Assembly: GCA_029264955.1 (NCBI GenBank)
Contig: JARHYC010000007.1
Location: 11,668 to 75,667, forward strand
Direction: 5' to 3'
Length of the DNA: 64,000 nucleotides
Source: Faecalibacterium sp.
GTDB taxonomy: Bacteria; Bacillota; Clostridia; Oscillospirales; Ruminococcaceae
A model generated the notes under the pieces. It saw nothing but the letters and a program-made list of their open reading frames with translations. It was not told the origin of the DNA and made no database searches. Below are positions 19,099 through 30,010 of this stretch, one piece after another. Numbering within the stretch: the first letter of the stretch is position 1; the number at the start of each line of letters is the position of its first letter. The position numbers and the translations under genes were made by a program.

Positions 19099-20631
19099 AT
19101 GTCCAATTATAAAGTAGAACCTTACATTCCGGATGAAGATTATGATAACCCGGCGATGGTGACTGACTTTTATGAGTTCACTATGGCAAACTGCTTGTTC
19201 CTGCATGGATTTAAGGACAAACGGCTTGTATTTGATATGTTCTTCCGCAAGAATCCCGGCGGAAGCGGCTATTCTATCAGCTGTGGTCAGCGCAAACTGA
19301 CTCGTTTTCTGCTCAACTATCACTTTAATGAGCAGGATATTCAGTGGCTGCGCACCAAAGGTATGAGTGAAGAATTCTGCGATTACCTGCGCGATTACCG
19401 CTGGAAGGGCGATATGTATGCACTGCGCGAAGGCTGCGTTTGCTATCCCAATGTACAGATGGTGCGCATTGAGTGCGACATGGTTGGCGCTATTTTGATT
19501 GAGACCTACTTGTTGCAAACGATGAATTTCCACAGCCTGATTGCCACCAAGGCAACGAAGATTACTGGGTTAGGGACCACGCAGTCCCGCAAGGTTATGG
19601 AATTCGGTACCCGTCGTGCACAGGGAGAATCTGCCGGTAATGACGGTGCATATGCTGCAATTTTGGGCGGTTGTGTTGGCACGGCAAACTGTCTGGCAGA
19701 AATGCGCTTTGGCAGCGATGTAAAGGCTTGCGGTACCGTTGCACACAGTTTTATCGAGTTCTTCCCCAGTGAATTTGAAGCCTTTAAGGCTTTTGCGGAC
19801 ACCTACCCGGATTCAGTCAGTTTACTATTGGACACCTACAGTATTTTTGGTAGCGGTCTGCCCAATCTGATCAAGCTGGATGACTATTTGATTGAAAAGT
19901 ATCCCAATGACCCCAGCAAGCGTGTCAAGAGTGCTCGTATCGACTCCGGCGACTTGGCACGCGGCTCCAAGCGTCTGCGCAAGGCACTGGATGCTGTGGG
20001 CAAGGATTACATCCAGATTGTTGCATCCAATGGCTTGGATGAACAGAAGATGCTGGCAATGGAAGTTTACGAAGGTGCAAAGATCAATACCTACGGCGTT
20101 GGTGAAAACCTGATCACCTCCGCATCGGACCCTGTTTTTGGCGGTGTGTACAAGCTGGTTGCAATTCGGAATGAGGACGGAACCTATACGCCTAAGATGA
20201 AGTGCTCTGATACCGCAGCAAAGGCAATCATCCCCGGCAAGAAGATGGCATGGCGTGTTTATGATGAAGATGGCAAGGGGCAGGCTGATATCGTTGCAAT
20301 GGATGATGAGGTAATCGAGGCAGGCAAGCCGATTCAGGTTATGAACCTAAATCCGGAAGCTACCGAGCGCTGTGTGACTTTGGTTCCTGCTAAGGTAGAA
20401 AAGCTGCTGATCCCGTATATTGTCAACGGTGAACTGGTTGCAGAGCTGCCTACCGTTGCAGAAAAGAAGGCATATGTGGCAGATCAGTTGGAGAACAAGG
20501 TATGGGAAAGCGAACTGCGTCCCGAGTACCCGCACCAACACTATGTGGATATGACCATGACTGTAGCAGAATGCCGCAGCCGTATGTATGAAAAGTTTCA
20601 TGCAAGTCTGGAGCATCACAGCGAAATTTAA
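19099..20631 (+). CDS. pncB: Nicotinate phosphoribosyltransferase
   Basis: TDFYEFTM, EFGTRRAQG, GTVAHSF, LLDTY, RIDSGD, YGVGENLIT and VYKLV. Confidence 0.93.
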   Translation: MSNYKVEPYIPDEDYDNPAMVTDFYEFTMANCLFLHGFKDKRLVFDMFFRKNPGGSGYSISCGQRKLTRFLLNYHFNEQDIQWLRTKGMSEEFCDYLRDYRWKGDMYALREGCVCYPNVQMVRIECDMVGAILIETYLLQTMNFHSLIATKATKITGLGTTQSRKVMEFGTRRAQGESAGNDGAYAAILGGCVGTANCLAEMRFGSDVKACGTVAHSFIEFFPSEFEAFKAFADTYPDSVSLLLDTYSIFGSGLPNLIKLDDYLIEKYPNDPSKRVKSARIDSGDLARGSKRLRKALDAVGKDYIQIVASNGLDEQKMLAMEVYEGAKINTYGVGENLITSASDPVFGGVYKLVAIRNEDGTYTPKMKCSDTAAKAIIPGKKMAWRVYDEDGKGQADIVAMDDEVIEAGKPIQVMNLNPEATERCVTLVPAKVEKLLIPYIVNGELVAELPTVAEKKAYVADQLENKVWESELRPEYPHQHYVDMTMTVAECRSRMYEKFHASLEHHSEI

Positions 20632-20640
20632 GTAAATAGA

Positions 20641-20680
20641 AACAGGCGGCAAACCAATCGGTTTGCCGCCTGTTTGTTTT
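20641..20680. terminator. Bidirectional terminator
   Basis: AACAGGCGGCAAACC / GGTTTGCCGCCTGTT. Confidence 0.85.
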
Positions 20681-20691
20681 GCAAAGTAAAA

Positions 20692-22062
20692 TTACTGCTG
20701 TGCGATGCAGCGTGCAACGTGAACGCCGCTTGCAGAAGCGTGGGACAGAGAGTGGGTAATACCACTGCCGTCGCCAATAATGTACAGCCCATCGTACTGA
20801 GACTGCAGGTGCTCATCCACGGCAACTTCCATGTTGTAGAATTTAACCTCGACACCATACAGCAGGGTGTCGTCGTTTGCAGTACCCGGAGCAATCTTGT
20901 CCAGCGCATAAACCATCTCGATGATGCCGTCCAAAATACGCTTGGGCAGAACCAGACTCAGATCGCCGGGGGTTGCGTGCAGGGTCGGCGTAGTGAAGGA
21001 TTCATCGATACGCTTCTGGGTGCTGCGCTGACCACGGATCAAATCGCCAAAGCGCTGTACGATAACGCCGCCGCCCAGCATATTGCTCAGGCGTGCGATG
21101 CTCTCGCCGTATCCGTTGGAATCATGGAAAGGCTCGGAGAAGTGCTTTGCAACCAGCAGCGCAAAGTTGGTGTTTTCGGTCTGTTTTTCGGGGTCCTCGT
21201 AGCTATGACCGTTAACGGTTACAATGCCGTTGGTGTTCTCGTTAACAACTGCACCCTTGGGGTTCATGCAGAAGGTACGAACCAGATCGCCGTACTTGGG
21301 CGTGCGATACACGATTTTGCTCTCGTACAGCTCGTCGGTCAAGTGGGAGAATACTTCAGCGGGCAGTTCGACGCGCACACCCAGGTCAACACGGTTGGAC
21401 TTGGTCTGAATCTTCAGATCGCGGCAAACCTGCTCCATCCACTTGGAACCGCTGCGGCCAACAGAGATGACGCACTTCTTGCACTCGTAGGTAGCATCGC
21501 CGCAGTGAATCTGATAGGTGCCATCTTCCAGAACAGAAACAGAATCCACCGGCGTATCAAAGTAGAACTCAGCGCGATCCTTCAGATACTGGTACATATT
21601 CTCCAGCACAACATAATTGATGTCGGTGCCAAGGTGACGTACAGAAGCGTTTAGCAGATGCAGGTCGTTCTGCATACACAGTTTGCGGAACTTGGTGCCG
21701 GCAGTGCTGTACAGCTTGGTGCCTTCGCCGCCGTATGCCATATTGATATCGTCAACATAGCGCATCAGCTCCAGAGCCTTCTGCTTGCCGATGTACTCGT
21801 ACAGGGTGCCGCCGAAGTCGTTGGTGATGTTATATTTACCGTCAGAGAAAGCGCCTGCACCACCAAAACCACTCATGATAGAACAGCTCTTGCAGTTGAT
21901 GCAGGACTTGATCTTGTCACCGTCAATGGGACAACGGCGATTTTCCAGAGAGTGGCCTGCTTCAAACACAGCGACCTTCAGGTCGGGGTTCAGTTTGGTC
22001 AGCTCGTAGGTGGAGAAGATGCCGCCAGGACCGGCACCGATCACGATCACGTCATAAACCAT
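20692..22062 (-). CDS. Conserved FAD-dependent oxidoreductase (COG2509-like)
   Basis: VIGAGPGG, GFGGAGAFSDGK, RTFCMNP, TNFAL, YGVEVKFY and GDGSGIT. Confidence 0.85.
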   Translation of the reverse strand: MVYDVIVIGAGPGGIFSTYELTKLNPDLKVAVFEAGHSLENRRCPIDGDKIKSCINCKSCSIMSGFGGAGAFSDGKYNITNDFGGTLYEYIGKQKALELMRYVDDINMAYGGEGTKLYSTAGTKFRKLCMQNDLHLLNASVRHLGTDINYVVLENMYQYLKDRAEFYFDTPVDSVSVLEDGTYQIHCGDATYECKKCVISVGRSGSKWMEQVCRDLKIQTKSNRVDLGVRVELPAEVFSHLTDELYESKIVYRTPKYGDLVRTFCMNPKGAVVNENTNGIVTVNGHSYEDPEKQTENTNFALLVAKHFSEPFHDSNGYGESIARLSNMLGGGVIVQRFGDLIRGQRSTQKRIDESFTTPTLHATPGDLSLVLPKRILDGIIEMVYALDKIAPGTANDDTLLYGVEVKFYNMEVAVDEHLQSQYDGLYIIGDGSGITHSLSHASASGVHVARCIAQQ

Positions 22063-22331
22063 AGTAAAATCCTCCTCAGGGCAGCAAAATAGCTGCTACA
22101 AAAAAATCGAGAAATGCAGCAGCTACTTATGACAAGGTGTCGAATACTCATACTTTTCTACTATAGCACAAAGAAAACACGATGACAAGTAGTCTATGGA
22201 AGAATTTACAGATACAAGATAGAGATTGTCTGCAGGAATTTTATTCCATTGTGTCAGTTGCAATCGAATTTGCGGCATGATATAATAAAACAAATGTAAC
22301 AACATTAAGTTGTTTTTTGTGAGGTGCAAAG

Positions 22332-24392
22332 ATGTCGGAAAAAGCTGATTTTCATTTGGTTGCGCCCTTTTCTCCTACGGGCGACCAACCGCAGGCAATC
22401 GATGCGCTGGTAGCCGGTGTGGAGGCAGGGGATCGCTTTCAGACCCTTCTGGGTGTGACAGGCTCCGGTAAGACCTTTACGATGGCAAATGTGATTGCCC
22501 GAACGGGTCGCCCGACCTTGATTCTGGAACCAAACAAGACACTGGCAGCCCAGTTGTGCACTGAAATGCGCGCATTTTTTCCAGATTCGGCGGTAGAATA
22601 CTTTGTTTCTTACTACGATTACTACCAGCCGGAAGCCTACATCCCCAGCACGGATACCTATATTGAAAAAGATAGCGCAATCAATGATGAAATTGATCGG
22701 CTGCGCCATTCGGCAACCGCGGCGCTGTCAGAACGGCGAGATGTCATTATTGTAGCGTCGGTATCCTGCATTTACTCGCTGGGCGACCCCATCGACTACC
22801 GCAGCATGGTAATCAGTCTGCGCCCCGGTATGGAAATCAGCCGAGATGAACTGTGTGAAAAGCTAGTTACTCTACAATATGAGCGCAACGACATGAACTT
22901 TGTGCGCAACAAGTTCCGCGTCAAAGGCGATACGGTAGATATCTATCTGGCATATATGGCAGATACCGCCATTCGAGTGGAGTTTTTTGGCGATGAAGTG
23001 GATCGCATCGTGGAATTTCAGCCGCTGACCGGTGCTAAGCAGAACGTGGTCAAACACGTTGCAATTTTCCCGGCCAGCCACTACCTGGTCAGCTCGGAAA
23101 AGAAAATTGCAGGTATCCAGCGTATCCGAGAAGAATGTGATGAGCAGGTTCGTAAATTTAATGCGGAAGGAAAGCTCATCGAAGCACAGCGCATCCAGCA
23201 GCGTACCAACTATGACATCGAAATGCTGCAGGAGGTGGGCGTGTGCAAAGGCATCGAGAATTATTCAGCTGTTTTGGCAGGCCGTGCCCCCGGCAGTATG
23301 CCGACAACCTTGATGGATTACTTTCCGGACGACTGGCTTTTGATGGTAGATGAAAGCCATGTTATGCTGCCGCAGATGCGCGCCATGTATGGTGGTGACT
23401 ATGGACGGAAAAAATCATTGGTAGAGTTCGGATTCCGTCTGCCCAGTGCATTTGATAATCGCCCCCTACGTTTCGAGGAGGTGGAGCAGAAACTGAACCA
23501 GACGATTTTTGTTTCTGCAACGCCCGGCCCCTATGAAAAAGAACACAGTACCCGCGTAGCGCAGCAGGTGATTCGTCCCACAGGTTTGCTGGACCCGGAA
23601 ATTCAGGTGCGCCCGGTAGAGGGGCAAATCGAGGATCTTCTGGGTGAAATCAATCTGCGTATTGCAAAGAAAGAGCGTACACTGGTGACCACGCTGACCA
23701 AAGCTATGGCAGAGGATTTGACGGAATATCTCACTGACCATGGGGTAAAAGTTAAGTATATGCACCACGAGGTAGATACCTTTGAGCGTATGGAAATCAT
23801 CAAAGATTTGCGTACCGGAGCCATTGACGTGGTGGTTGGTATTAACCTGCTGCGTGAAGGCTTGGACCTGCCGGAAGTAAGCTTAGTTGCCATTCTGGAT
23901 GCGGATAAAGAAGGCTTCCTGCGCAGCGAAACCAGTTTGATTCAGACGATTGGTCGTGCAGCGCGTAATGCGCAGGGGCTGGTCATTATGTATGCGGATG
24001 AAGTAACCCCCAGCATGGAGCGTGCGATTACAGAAACTGAACGACGTCGCAGCATCCAGACCGCGTACAATGAAGAACACGGCATTGTGCCTCAGACCAT
24101 TATTAAAGAAATCCGGGGCTCGATCGAAATCAGCGATAAGGAAGAGACCAACAGAATGCTGACCCGCCGTATGGGCAAGATGGAGCGTCAGGCAGAAATC
24201 GAACGTCTGACCCGTGAAATGAAAGAAGCGGCAAAGATTCTGGAATTTGAGCACGCGGCATTCCTGCGCGACCAAATTGAACGCCTGAAAAACGGCGAGG
24301 ACCCGACCGTGGATTCTTCGGCAGAGCAGGACCGCCGTGCCGGAAAACGGAAACCAACCAGTAAGAAGGGAAAATATTTTGGCAAACGATAA
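22332..24392 (+). CDS. uvrB: Excinuclease ABC subunit B
   Basis: [34 protein letters not shown] and UVR domain. Confidence 0.98.
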   Translation: MSEKADFHLVAPFSPTGDQPQAIDALVAGVEAGDRFQTLLGVTGSGKTFTMANVIARTGRPTLILEPNKTLAAQLCTEMRAFFPDSAVEYFVSYYDYYQPEAYIPSTDTYIEKDSAINDEIDRLRHSATAALSERRDVIIVASVSCIYSLGDPIDYRSMVISLRPGMEISRDELCEKLVTLQYERNDMNFVRNKFRVKGDTVDIYLAYMADTAIRVEFFGDEVDRIVEFQPLTGAKQNVVKHVAIFPASHYLVSSEKKIAGIQRIREECDEQVRKFNAEGKLIEAQRIQQRTNYDIEMLQEVGVCKGIENYSAVLAGRAPGSMPTTLMDYFPDDWLLMVDESHVMLPQMRAMYGGDYGRKKSLVEFGFRLPSAFDNRPLRFEEVEQKLNQTIFVSATPGPYEKEHSTRVAQQVIRPTGLLDPEIQVRPVEGQIEDLLGEINLRIAKKERTLVTTLTKAMAEDLTEYLTDHGVKVKYMHHEVDTFERMEIIKDLRTGAIDVVVGINLLREGLDLPEVSLVAILDADKEGFLRSETSLIQTIGRAARNAQGLVIMYADEVTPSMERAITETERRRSIQTAYNEEHGIVPQTIIKEIRGSIEISDKEETNRMLTRRMGKMERQAEIERLTREMKEAAKILEFEHAAFLRDQIERLKNGEDPTVDSSAEQDRRAGKRKPTSKKGKYFGKR

Positions 24393-27288
24393 AATTACCA
24401 TCAAGGGTGCCAGAGAGCACAACCTGAAAAATATCAATCTGACCATTCCCCGTAACAAGCTCGTTGTAATGACAGGTCTGTCGGGTTCCGGTAAGTCCAG
24501 CCTGGCATTTGACACGCTGTATGCGGACGGTCAGCGTCGCTATGTGGAAAGCTTGTCCAGCTATGCACGGATGTTTTTGGGCCGCATGGACAAGCCGGAT
24601 GTGGATGAAATCACTGGACTTTCCCCAGCAATTTCCATCGACCAGAAAACTACCAGCCACAACCCACGCTCTACCGTGGGTACGGTAACGGAAATTTATG
24701 ACTATCTGCGCCTGCTGTATGCCAATATCGGTGTACCACACTGCCCGGTTTGCGGCAAGGAAATCAAACAGCAGACTGTGGACGAAATGGTGGATGCAGT
24801 ACTGAAAATCCCGGAGGGAACACGTTTTCAGATTTTGGCACCGGTTGTGCGTGGCCGCAAAGGTACGCAGGTGAAAGAACTGGACAATGCGCGTCGTGCA
24901 GGATTTACCCGTGTGCGTGTGGACGGCAACCTATACGATTTGGATGAAGAAATCGTTTTGGAAAAGAACATCAAGCATACGGTGGAAGTCGTGGTGGACC
25001 GTCTGGTCATGAAAGATGGTATCCGCAGCCGCTTGGCAGACAGTCTGGAAACGGCTTTGAATTTGACCGACGGTCTGGCAGAGGTGGATGTGATTGGCGG
25101 GGAAATGCTGACCTTCAGTCAGCATTTTGCCTGCCCGGATCACGGTGTATCCATCAGCGAGATCAGCCCGCGTATGTTCTCCTTTAATAATCCGTTTGGT
25201 GCCTGTGAGACCTGTACTGGTCTGGGTACTTTCATGAAAGTGGACCCGGATTTAATTTTGCCCAATAAGGATTTGTCCATTCGGCAAAGTGCCATCAAAG
25301 CCAGTGGCTGGTATTATGCTGAGGGTTCGCTCAGCGAAATGTACTATGAGGCACTGGGCAAGAAATACGGCTTTACACTGGATACACCCATCAAGGATTT
25401 TTCCGAAGAAGCACTCCATGCACTGCTGTATGGTACGGGTACCGAGCGCTTAGAAATGCGCCGTACCAACGAGTTCGGCAGCGGTGAATATCGCAATGTC
25501 TTTGAAGGTCTGATCCCCAATCTGGAGCGTCGTTTCCGGGAAACTAACAGTGAATGGATGAAGGAAGAAATCTCTCACACCATGAATGCTTTGCCTTGCC
25601 CAGATTGCCATGGACACCGACTGAAACCAGCATTACTGGCAGTAACCATTGGCGGCAAAAATATCATGGAGTTCTGTGAGATGTCCATTCAGGAAGAAAT
25701 CGATTTCATCGAGCAGGTGGAACCGACTCTGACAGAGAAAGAACACCAGATCGGTGATCAGATTTTTAAGGAAGTCAAGGCGCGTTTGGGCTTTTTGCAG
25801 AGCGTTGGCTTGAGTTATCTTACTTTGGCGCGTTCGGCAGGTACCCTGTCCGGTGGTGAAAGTCAGCGTATCCGTCTGGCTACCCAGATCGGCAGTGCTT
25901 TAACGGGTGTTCTGTATGTTTTGGACGAGCCGAGCATTGGTCTGCATCAGCGAGATAATGATAAGCTAATTGCAACCTTGCAGCGTCTGCGGGATTTGGG
26001 CAATACTGTGGTAGTTGTTGAGCATGACGAAGATACCATGCGCGCCGCAGATTTTATTGTGGATGTGGGCCCCGGTGCGGGTGTGCATGGCGGCGAAATT
26101 GTAGCAGCAGGTAAGCTGGAAGATATCTGCAAAGCAAAGCGGAGTATCACGGGAGCATATTTGTCTGGACGAAAGCGCATTATGCCACCGGAAACCCGCC
26201 GCAAGGGCAATGGTCACAGTTTGCGTGTGGTAAAGGCAAAAGAAAATAATCTGCGTAATATTACAGTGGATTTTCCGCTGGGCGAGCTGATTTGTGTTAC
26301 GGGTATTTCCGGTTCCGGTAAGTCCAGTTTGGTGAACGAAGTTCTGTACAATACACTGGCCAACCAGCTGAATCATGCAAAACATCGTGCCGGTAAATGC
26401 AAAGAAATCCAAGGCCTGGAATGGGTCGATAAGGTCATCGGTATCGACCAGCAGCCCATTGGTCGTACCCCTCGCTCCAATCCGGCAACATATACGGGCA
26501 TTTTTACAGATATTCGCAATGTTTTTGCCCAGACGCAGGATGCAAAAATGCGCGGTTATGGTCCCGGACGATTTAGCTTTAATGTGAAGGGCGGCCGCTG
26601 CGAAGCCTGTGAGGGCGACGGTATTTTGAAAATTGAAATGCACTTTTTGCCGGATGTATATGTGCCATGCGAGGTTTGCAAGGGCAGCCGTTATAACCGG
26701 GAGACGTTGGAGGTCAAATATAAGGATAAGACTATCGCGGATGTATTAAACATGACGGTGGAAGAGGCCTGCCTGTTCTTTGCAAATCAGCCCAAGATTG
26801 CCCGCAAACTGCAAACTTTGCTGGATGTGGGCTTGGGATATGTTACGCTGGGGCAGAGTGCAACAACCCTTTCCGGCGGTGAAGCGCAGCGTGTAAAACT
26901 GGCAAATGAACTGGTCAAGCGGGGAACCGGTAAGACAGTTTATATTTTGGATGAGCCGACCACAGGTCTGCATATTGCAGACGTGCATAAGCTGGTGGAA
27001 GTGCTGCAAACGCTGGTGGATGCCGGAAACACGGTAATTGTCATTGAGCACAATCTGGATTTGATTAAGTGCGCAGACCATATTATTGATTTGGGTCCGG
27101 AGGGCGGCAGCAATGGCGGTTTGGTTATTGCACAGGGTACGCCCGAAGAAGTAGCTGCCTGTGAGGCAAGCTTTACCGGTCAGTATCTGAAGCCGATTCT
27201 GGAGCGGGATCGGCAGGCACGTCTGGCACAAAATGAGGAGCAGGCAAAGGCGAAGCCTGCAAAAAAACGAACCCAAAAGATGCAATGA
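24379..27288 (+). CDS. uvrA: Excinuclease ABC subunit A
   Basis: GAREHNLKN, two Walker A motifs ([16 protein letters not shown]), zinc fingers and LSGGEAQR; probable TTG start at 24379. Confidence 0.98.
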   Translation: MANDKITIKGAREHNLKNINLTIPRNKLVVMTGLSGSGKSSLAFDTLYADGQRRYVESLSSYARMFLGRMDKPDVDEITGLSPAISIDQKTTSHNPRSTVGTVTEIYDYLRLLYANIGVPHCPVCGKEIKQQTVDEMVDAVLKIPEGTRFQILAPVVRGRKGTQVKELDNARRAGFTRVRVDGNLYDLDEEIVLEKNIKHTVEVVVDRLVMKDGIRSRLADSLETALNLTDGLAEVDVIGGEMLTFSQHFACPDHGVSISEISPRMFSFNNPFGACETCTGLGTFMKVDPDLILPNKDLSIRQSAIKASGWYYAEGSLSEMYYEALGKKYGFTLDTPIKDFSEEALHALLYGTGTERLEMRRTNEFGSGEYRNVFEGLIPNLERRFRETNSEWMKEEISHTMNALPCPDCHGHRLKPALLAVTIGGKNIMEFCEMSIQEEIDFIEQVEPTLTEKEHQIGDQIFKEVKARLGFLQSVGLSYLTLARSAGTLSGGESQRIRLATQIGSALTGVLYVLDEPSIGLHQRDNDKLIATLQRLRDLGNTVVVVEHDEDTMRAADFIVDVGPGAGVHGGEIVAAGKLEDICKAKRSITGAYLSGRKRIMPPETRRKGNGHSLRVVKAKENNLRNITVDFPLGELICVTGISGSGKSSLVNEVLYNTLANQLNHAKHRAGKCKEIQGLEWVDKVIGIDQQPIGRTPRSNPATYTGIFTDIRNVFAQTQDAKMRGYGPGRFSFNVKGGRCEACEGDGILKIEMHFLPDVYVPCEVCKGSRYNRETLEVKYKDKTIADVLNMTVEEACLFFANQPKIARKLQTLLDVGLGYVTLGQSATTLSGGEAQRVKLANELVKRGTGKTVYILDEPTTGLHIADVHKLVEVLQTLVDAGNTVIVIEHNLDLIKCADHIIDLGPEGGSNGGLVIAQGTPEEVAACEASFTGQYLKPILERDRQARLAQNEEQAKAKPAKKRTQKMQ

Positions 27289-27299
27289 ATCTATGATAG

Positions 27300-27336
27300 A
27301 AAAACACGCTTTGCAAAAATGCAAAGCGTGTTTTTC
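27300..27336 (+). terminator. Terminator after uvrA
   Basis: AAAACACGCTTTGCA / TGCAAAGCGTGTTTT. Confidence 0.85.
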
Positions 27337-27591
27337 TATTGTTTTGAAAGTAGAAATCAAAAAGCACAGCAAAGAAATGATTGTGAGATTACGACAAAAG
27401 TGGCTATTAAATGCGTGAATGTATGATTAAGTCAAGTAATATAGCACAAAGAAAGCGCATTGAAAGAAAAGAAAACATGGTTAAACTGTTGACAAAATAA
27501 AAACGAGTGTTAAAATGTGGTTAAAGAATGTTTGACACAATTTTCACGTATTGGAGAAATTGGTCAAGAAAATGGTAAAAGGAGAAGAACT

Positions 27592-29520
27592 ATGAAAAGG
27601 TTATTTAGCGCATTCCTGAGTGTTGTGCTGGTAGCTGCATTGCTGGTAGGCTGCACCAATGGTGCAGATTCTGCTGCAAACGCAAATGCTGCCAACGAAA
27701 AGTGGGATCGAGAAACAGACTTTCTGATTGTTGGCTACGGCTTGGCCGGTGAAGCTGCTGCTCTGGAAGCAAGCGACATCGATCCGAACGCAAACATTTT
27801 GGTTCTGGAAAAGATGCCTGAAAACCTGGCAGGCGGCAACAGCATTGCTTCCGGTCAGACTTTCATCGTTCCTTCTGAAGACGGCGTCGAGGGCTTTAAG
27901 GAGTACATTCGTAACTGCAACGAGCCCAACCCCATCCCGGAAGAATATCTGGACTTTATGGCAAAGGCTTTTGCAGACCAGATCAAGTGGGTGCAGGGCA
28001 CCATGAACAATGCCGGCTACGAAGTTGGCTATGTTGGCGGTGGCCCGCTGCGTTGGGGCAGCCTGGTTGTGGAATTCGCAGAGTTCCCTGGTGCAGGTTT
28101 TGAAGGCACCAGCGCTCACTGCCGTAAGGCAAATTCCGGCACGTTCGAAAACGGCGGCGTATGGCACGGTTTTGACGAGGCTGTAAAGCTGCGTAAAAAT
28201 ATCGAAGTTGCTTACTCTACTCCCGCCTTGGATCTGATTCAGGACCCTGTCACCAAGGAAGTAAAGGGTGTTCTGGCTCGTGACCCTGATGGCAAGGAAA
28301 TTCGTATCAAGGCAAGCAAGGGCGTTCTGCTGGCTTGCGGCGGTTTTGAAAACAACTTGGAGATGCAGCGCAACTACCACGGCATGGATGAAGTTTATAC
28401 TGCAGGTACTCCCGGCAATACCGGTGACGGTATCAAGATGCTGTCTAAGGCTGGCGCAAAGATGTGGCACATGAACAACCAGACGCAGTCTGGTGGTTTC
28501 TGGCTGGGTATCAAGACCGACGATTACGATTCTACCTTCATGCGTAACATGACCTTCAAGTCCGGTTCTTGGATTGAGGTTGCTTGTGATAACAACCGTT
28601 TCTATAACGAGTCCAAGGATTATCACCGCCAGCACATGAAGTATAAGGAATTTGACCGCTATACTGACCTGAAGCACGAAAAGGCTCTGCCTGTTCATCT
28701 GATTTTCGATGAAAAGTTGAGAACTACCGATTCCGTTGCCAGCCAGTGGCTGTCCTGGCCTATCACCACCGAGGGCTATCAGTGGTCTGCTGATAACTCC
28801 GCTGAAATCGAAAAGGGCTGGATCGTCAAGGCTGATACCATTGAAGAGCTGGCTGAAAAGATCGACCGTGATCCTGCAGAACTGAAGGCAACCATCGATC
28901 GTTACAACCAGATGTGCGATGAGGGCGTGGATAAGGACTTTGGTCGTGATCCCGCAACTATGGAGAAAATCGATACTGCTCCTTACTACGCAGTTAAGTT
29001 GGTTCCCACTCTGGTAGCTACCACTGGCGGCGCAGAGCGTAATACCAATTCTCAGGTTCTGGACTGGGACGGCAACCCCATCCCCAACCTGTACGAAGCG
29101 GGCGAGCTGGGCAGCTATGTTTCCAACCTGTACCAAAACGGTGTGTTCCTGTCTGAAGCTATCGCATCCGGTCGTGCAGCAGCACAGCACGCATTTGGTG
29201 GTGTTAGCTCCGTTACCAGTGTTGTGAATGCAGACGGCGAAGAGCCGGCAGCACCCGCAGCGGTTAAGGACGGCACCTACGAAGTTCCTTATAAGAATGA
29301 CCACGGCGAAGTAAAGCTGTCTGTCACCATCAAGGACGGCAAGTTTACTGCAATCGAAGTGGTTGAGGGCAAGGATGCTCTGTTCATGGATGATGAGCAG
29401 TTCAAGACCTTTGTAGATAGTATTCTGGCAGCAGACAGCTCCGAGGTTGATGCCGTTGCAGGCGCAACACTTGACTGCCAGGGCATTAGCCACGCAATCA
29501 ACGAAGTAACCCACAAGTAA
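27592..29520 (+). CDS. Lipoprotein flavocytochrome c/fumarate-reductase-superfamily flavoprotein with C-terminal FMN-binding domain
   Basis: Lipobox LVGC; IVGYGLAG, GGNS, LLACGGFE, NTGDG, TTGG and YEAGE; C-terminal DGTY...TIKDGK...DAVAGAT. Confidence 0.85.
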   Translation: MKRLFSAFLSVVLVAALLVGCTNGADSAANANAANEKWDRETDFLIVGYGLAGEAAALEASDIDPNANILVLEKMPENLAGGNSIASGQTFIVPSEDGVEGFKEYIRNCNEPNPIPEEYLDFMAKAFADQIKWVQGTMNNAGYEVGYVGGGPLRWGSLVVEFAEFPGAGFEGTSAHCRKANSGTFENGGVWHGFDEAVKLRKNIEVAYSTPALDLIQDPVTKEVKGVLARDPDGKEIRIKASKGVLLACGGFENNLEMQRNYHGMDEVYTAGTPGNTGDGIKMLSKAGAKMWHMNNQTQSGGFWLGIKTDDYDSTFMRNMTFKSGSWIEVACDNNRFYNESKDYHRQHMKYKEFDRYTDLKHEKALPVHLIFDEKLRTTDSVASQWLSWPITTEGYQWSADNSAEIEKGWIVKADTIEELAEKIDRDPAELKATIDRYNQMCDEGVDKDFGRDPATMEKIDTAPYYAVKLVPTLVATTGGAERNTNSQVLDWDGNPIPNLYEAGELGSYVSNLYQNGVFLSEAIASGRAAAQHAFGGVSSVTSVVNADGEEPAAPAAVKDGTYEVPYKNDHGEVKLSVTIKDGKFTAIEVVEGKDALFMDDEQFKTFVDSILAADSSEVDAVAGATLDCQGISHAINEVTHK

Positions 29521-29543
29521 TTTGGTTTAAGTAAATATGCAGC

Positions 29544-29581
29544 AAAAGGCGCGGGAACGAGAAATCTTCCCGCGCCTTTTG
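29544..29581 (+). terminator. Terminator after the flavoprotein gene
   Basis: AAAAGGCGCGGGAA / TTCCCGCGCCTTTT. Confidence 0.85.
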
Positions 29582-29589
29582 TTGCTCTA

Positions 29590-29898
29590 GCTGGAAGGAT
29601 GAAAAGGGGGCAACACGAATTCTTTGCAATATGGGACAGGAAAAGCAAGTGATTTCAGTTAGCGCTGAAGACTTGGTGTTTGTGACCCTAGGTTCCGATA
29701 CAGGGTAGAGCGTATTTGAGCGCATTCTGCGAGCTTTGGGAGAATATCGCAGCGTTTAGTAAGCACCATATGTTAAAGGGCAGAAAGATTATCGATATGG
29801 CTTTGCCGTTCCTGCAGAAATTTGCGCGCAAACAGGTCTTGAAGAAAATCGAGGGCACAACGATTTATGATATGCTGGTTAAGAACAAACTAATTTGA
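29590..29898 (+). pseudogene. Collapsed oleate hydratase (MCRA family) remnant
   Basis: Stitched fragments GQEKQVISVSAEDLVFVTLGS, ELWENIAA and C-terminal LKKIEGTTIYDMLVKNKLI. Confidence 0.65.
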
Positions 29899-29931
29899 GC
29901 AATGCTGACGCGGTAAAAGAAATCCTGCAAT

Positions 29932-29970
29932 AAAAACAGAGGGTATCGAACTTCGATACCCTCTGTTTTT
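29932..29970. terminator. Bidirectional terminator downstream of the 7-alpha-HSDH gene
   Basis: AAAAACAGAGGGTATCGAA / TTCGATACCCTCTGTTTTT perfect stem. Confidence 0.88.
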
Positions 29971-30010
29971 ATAGTATATAAGAAAATCCGTGTTGGTAGA
30001 AATTGTGCAA

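Noticed and set aside
27601-29514. 637-aa antisense ORF (likewise 8931-10076, 11109-12164, 20674-21654, 34521-35522, 36725-38407, 39797-41179, 41726-43684, 47561-49186)
   Set aside because: Each lies exactly opposite a well-supported gene, has no recognisable motifs, and is explained by codon bias giving few antisense stops
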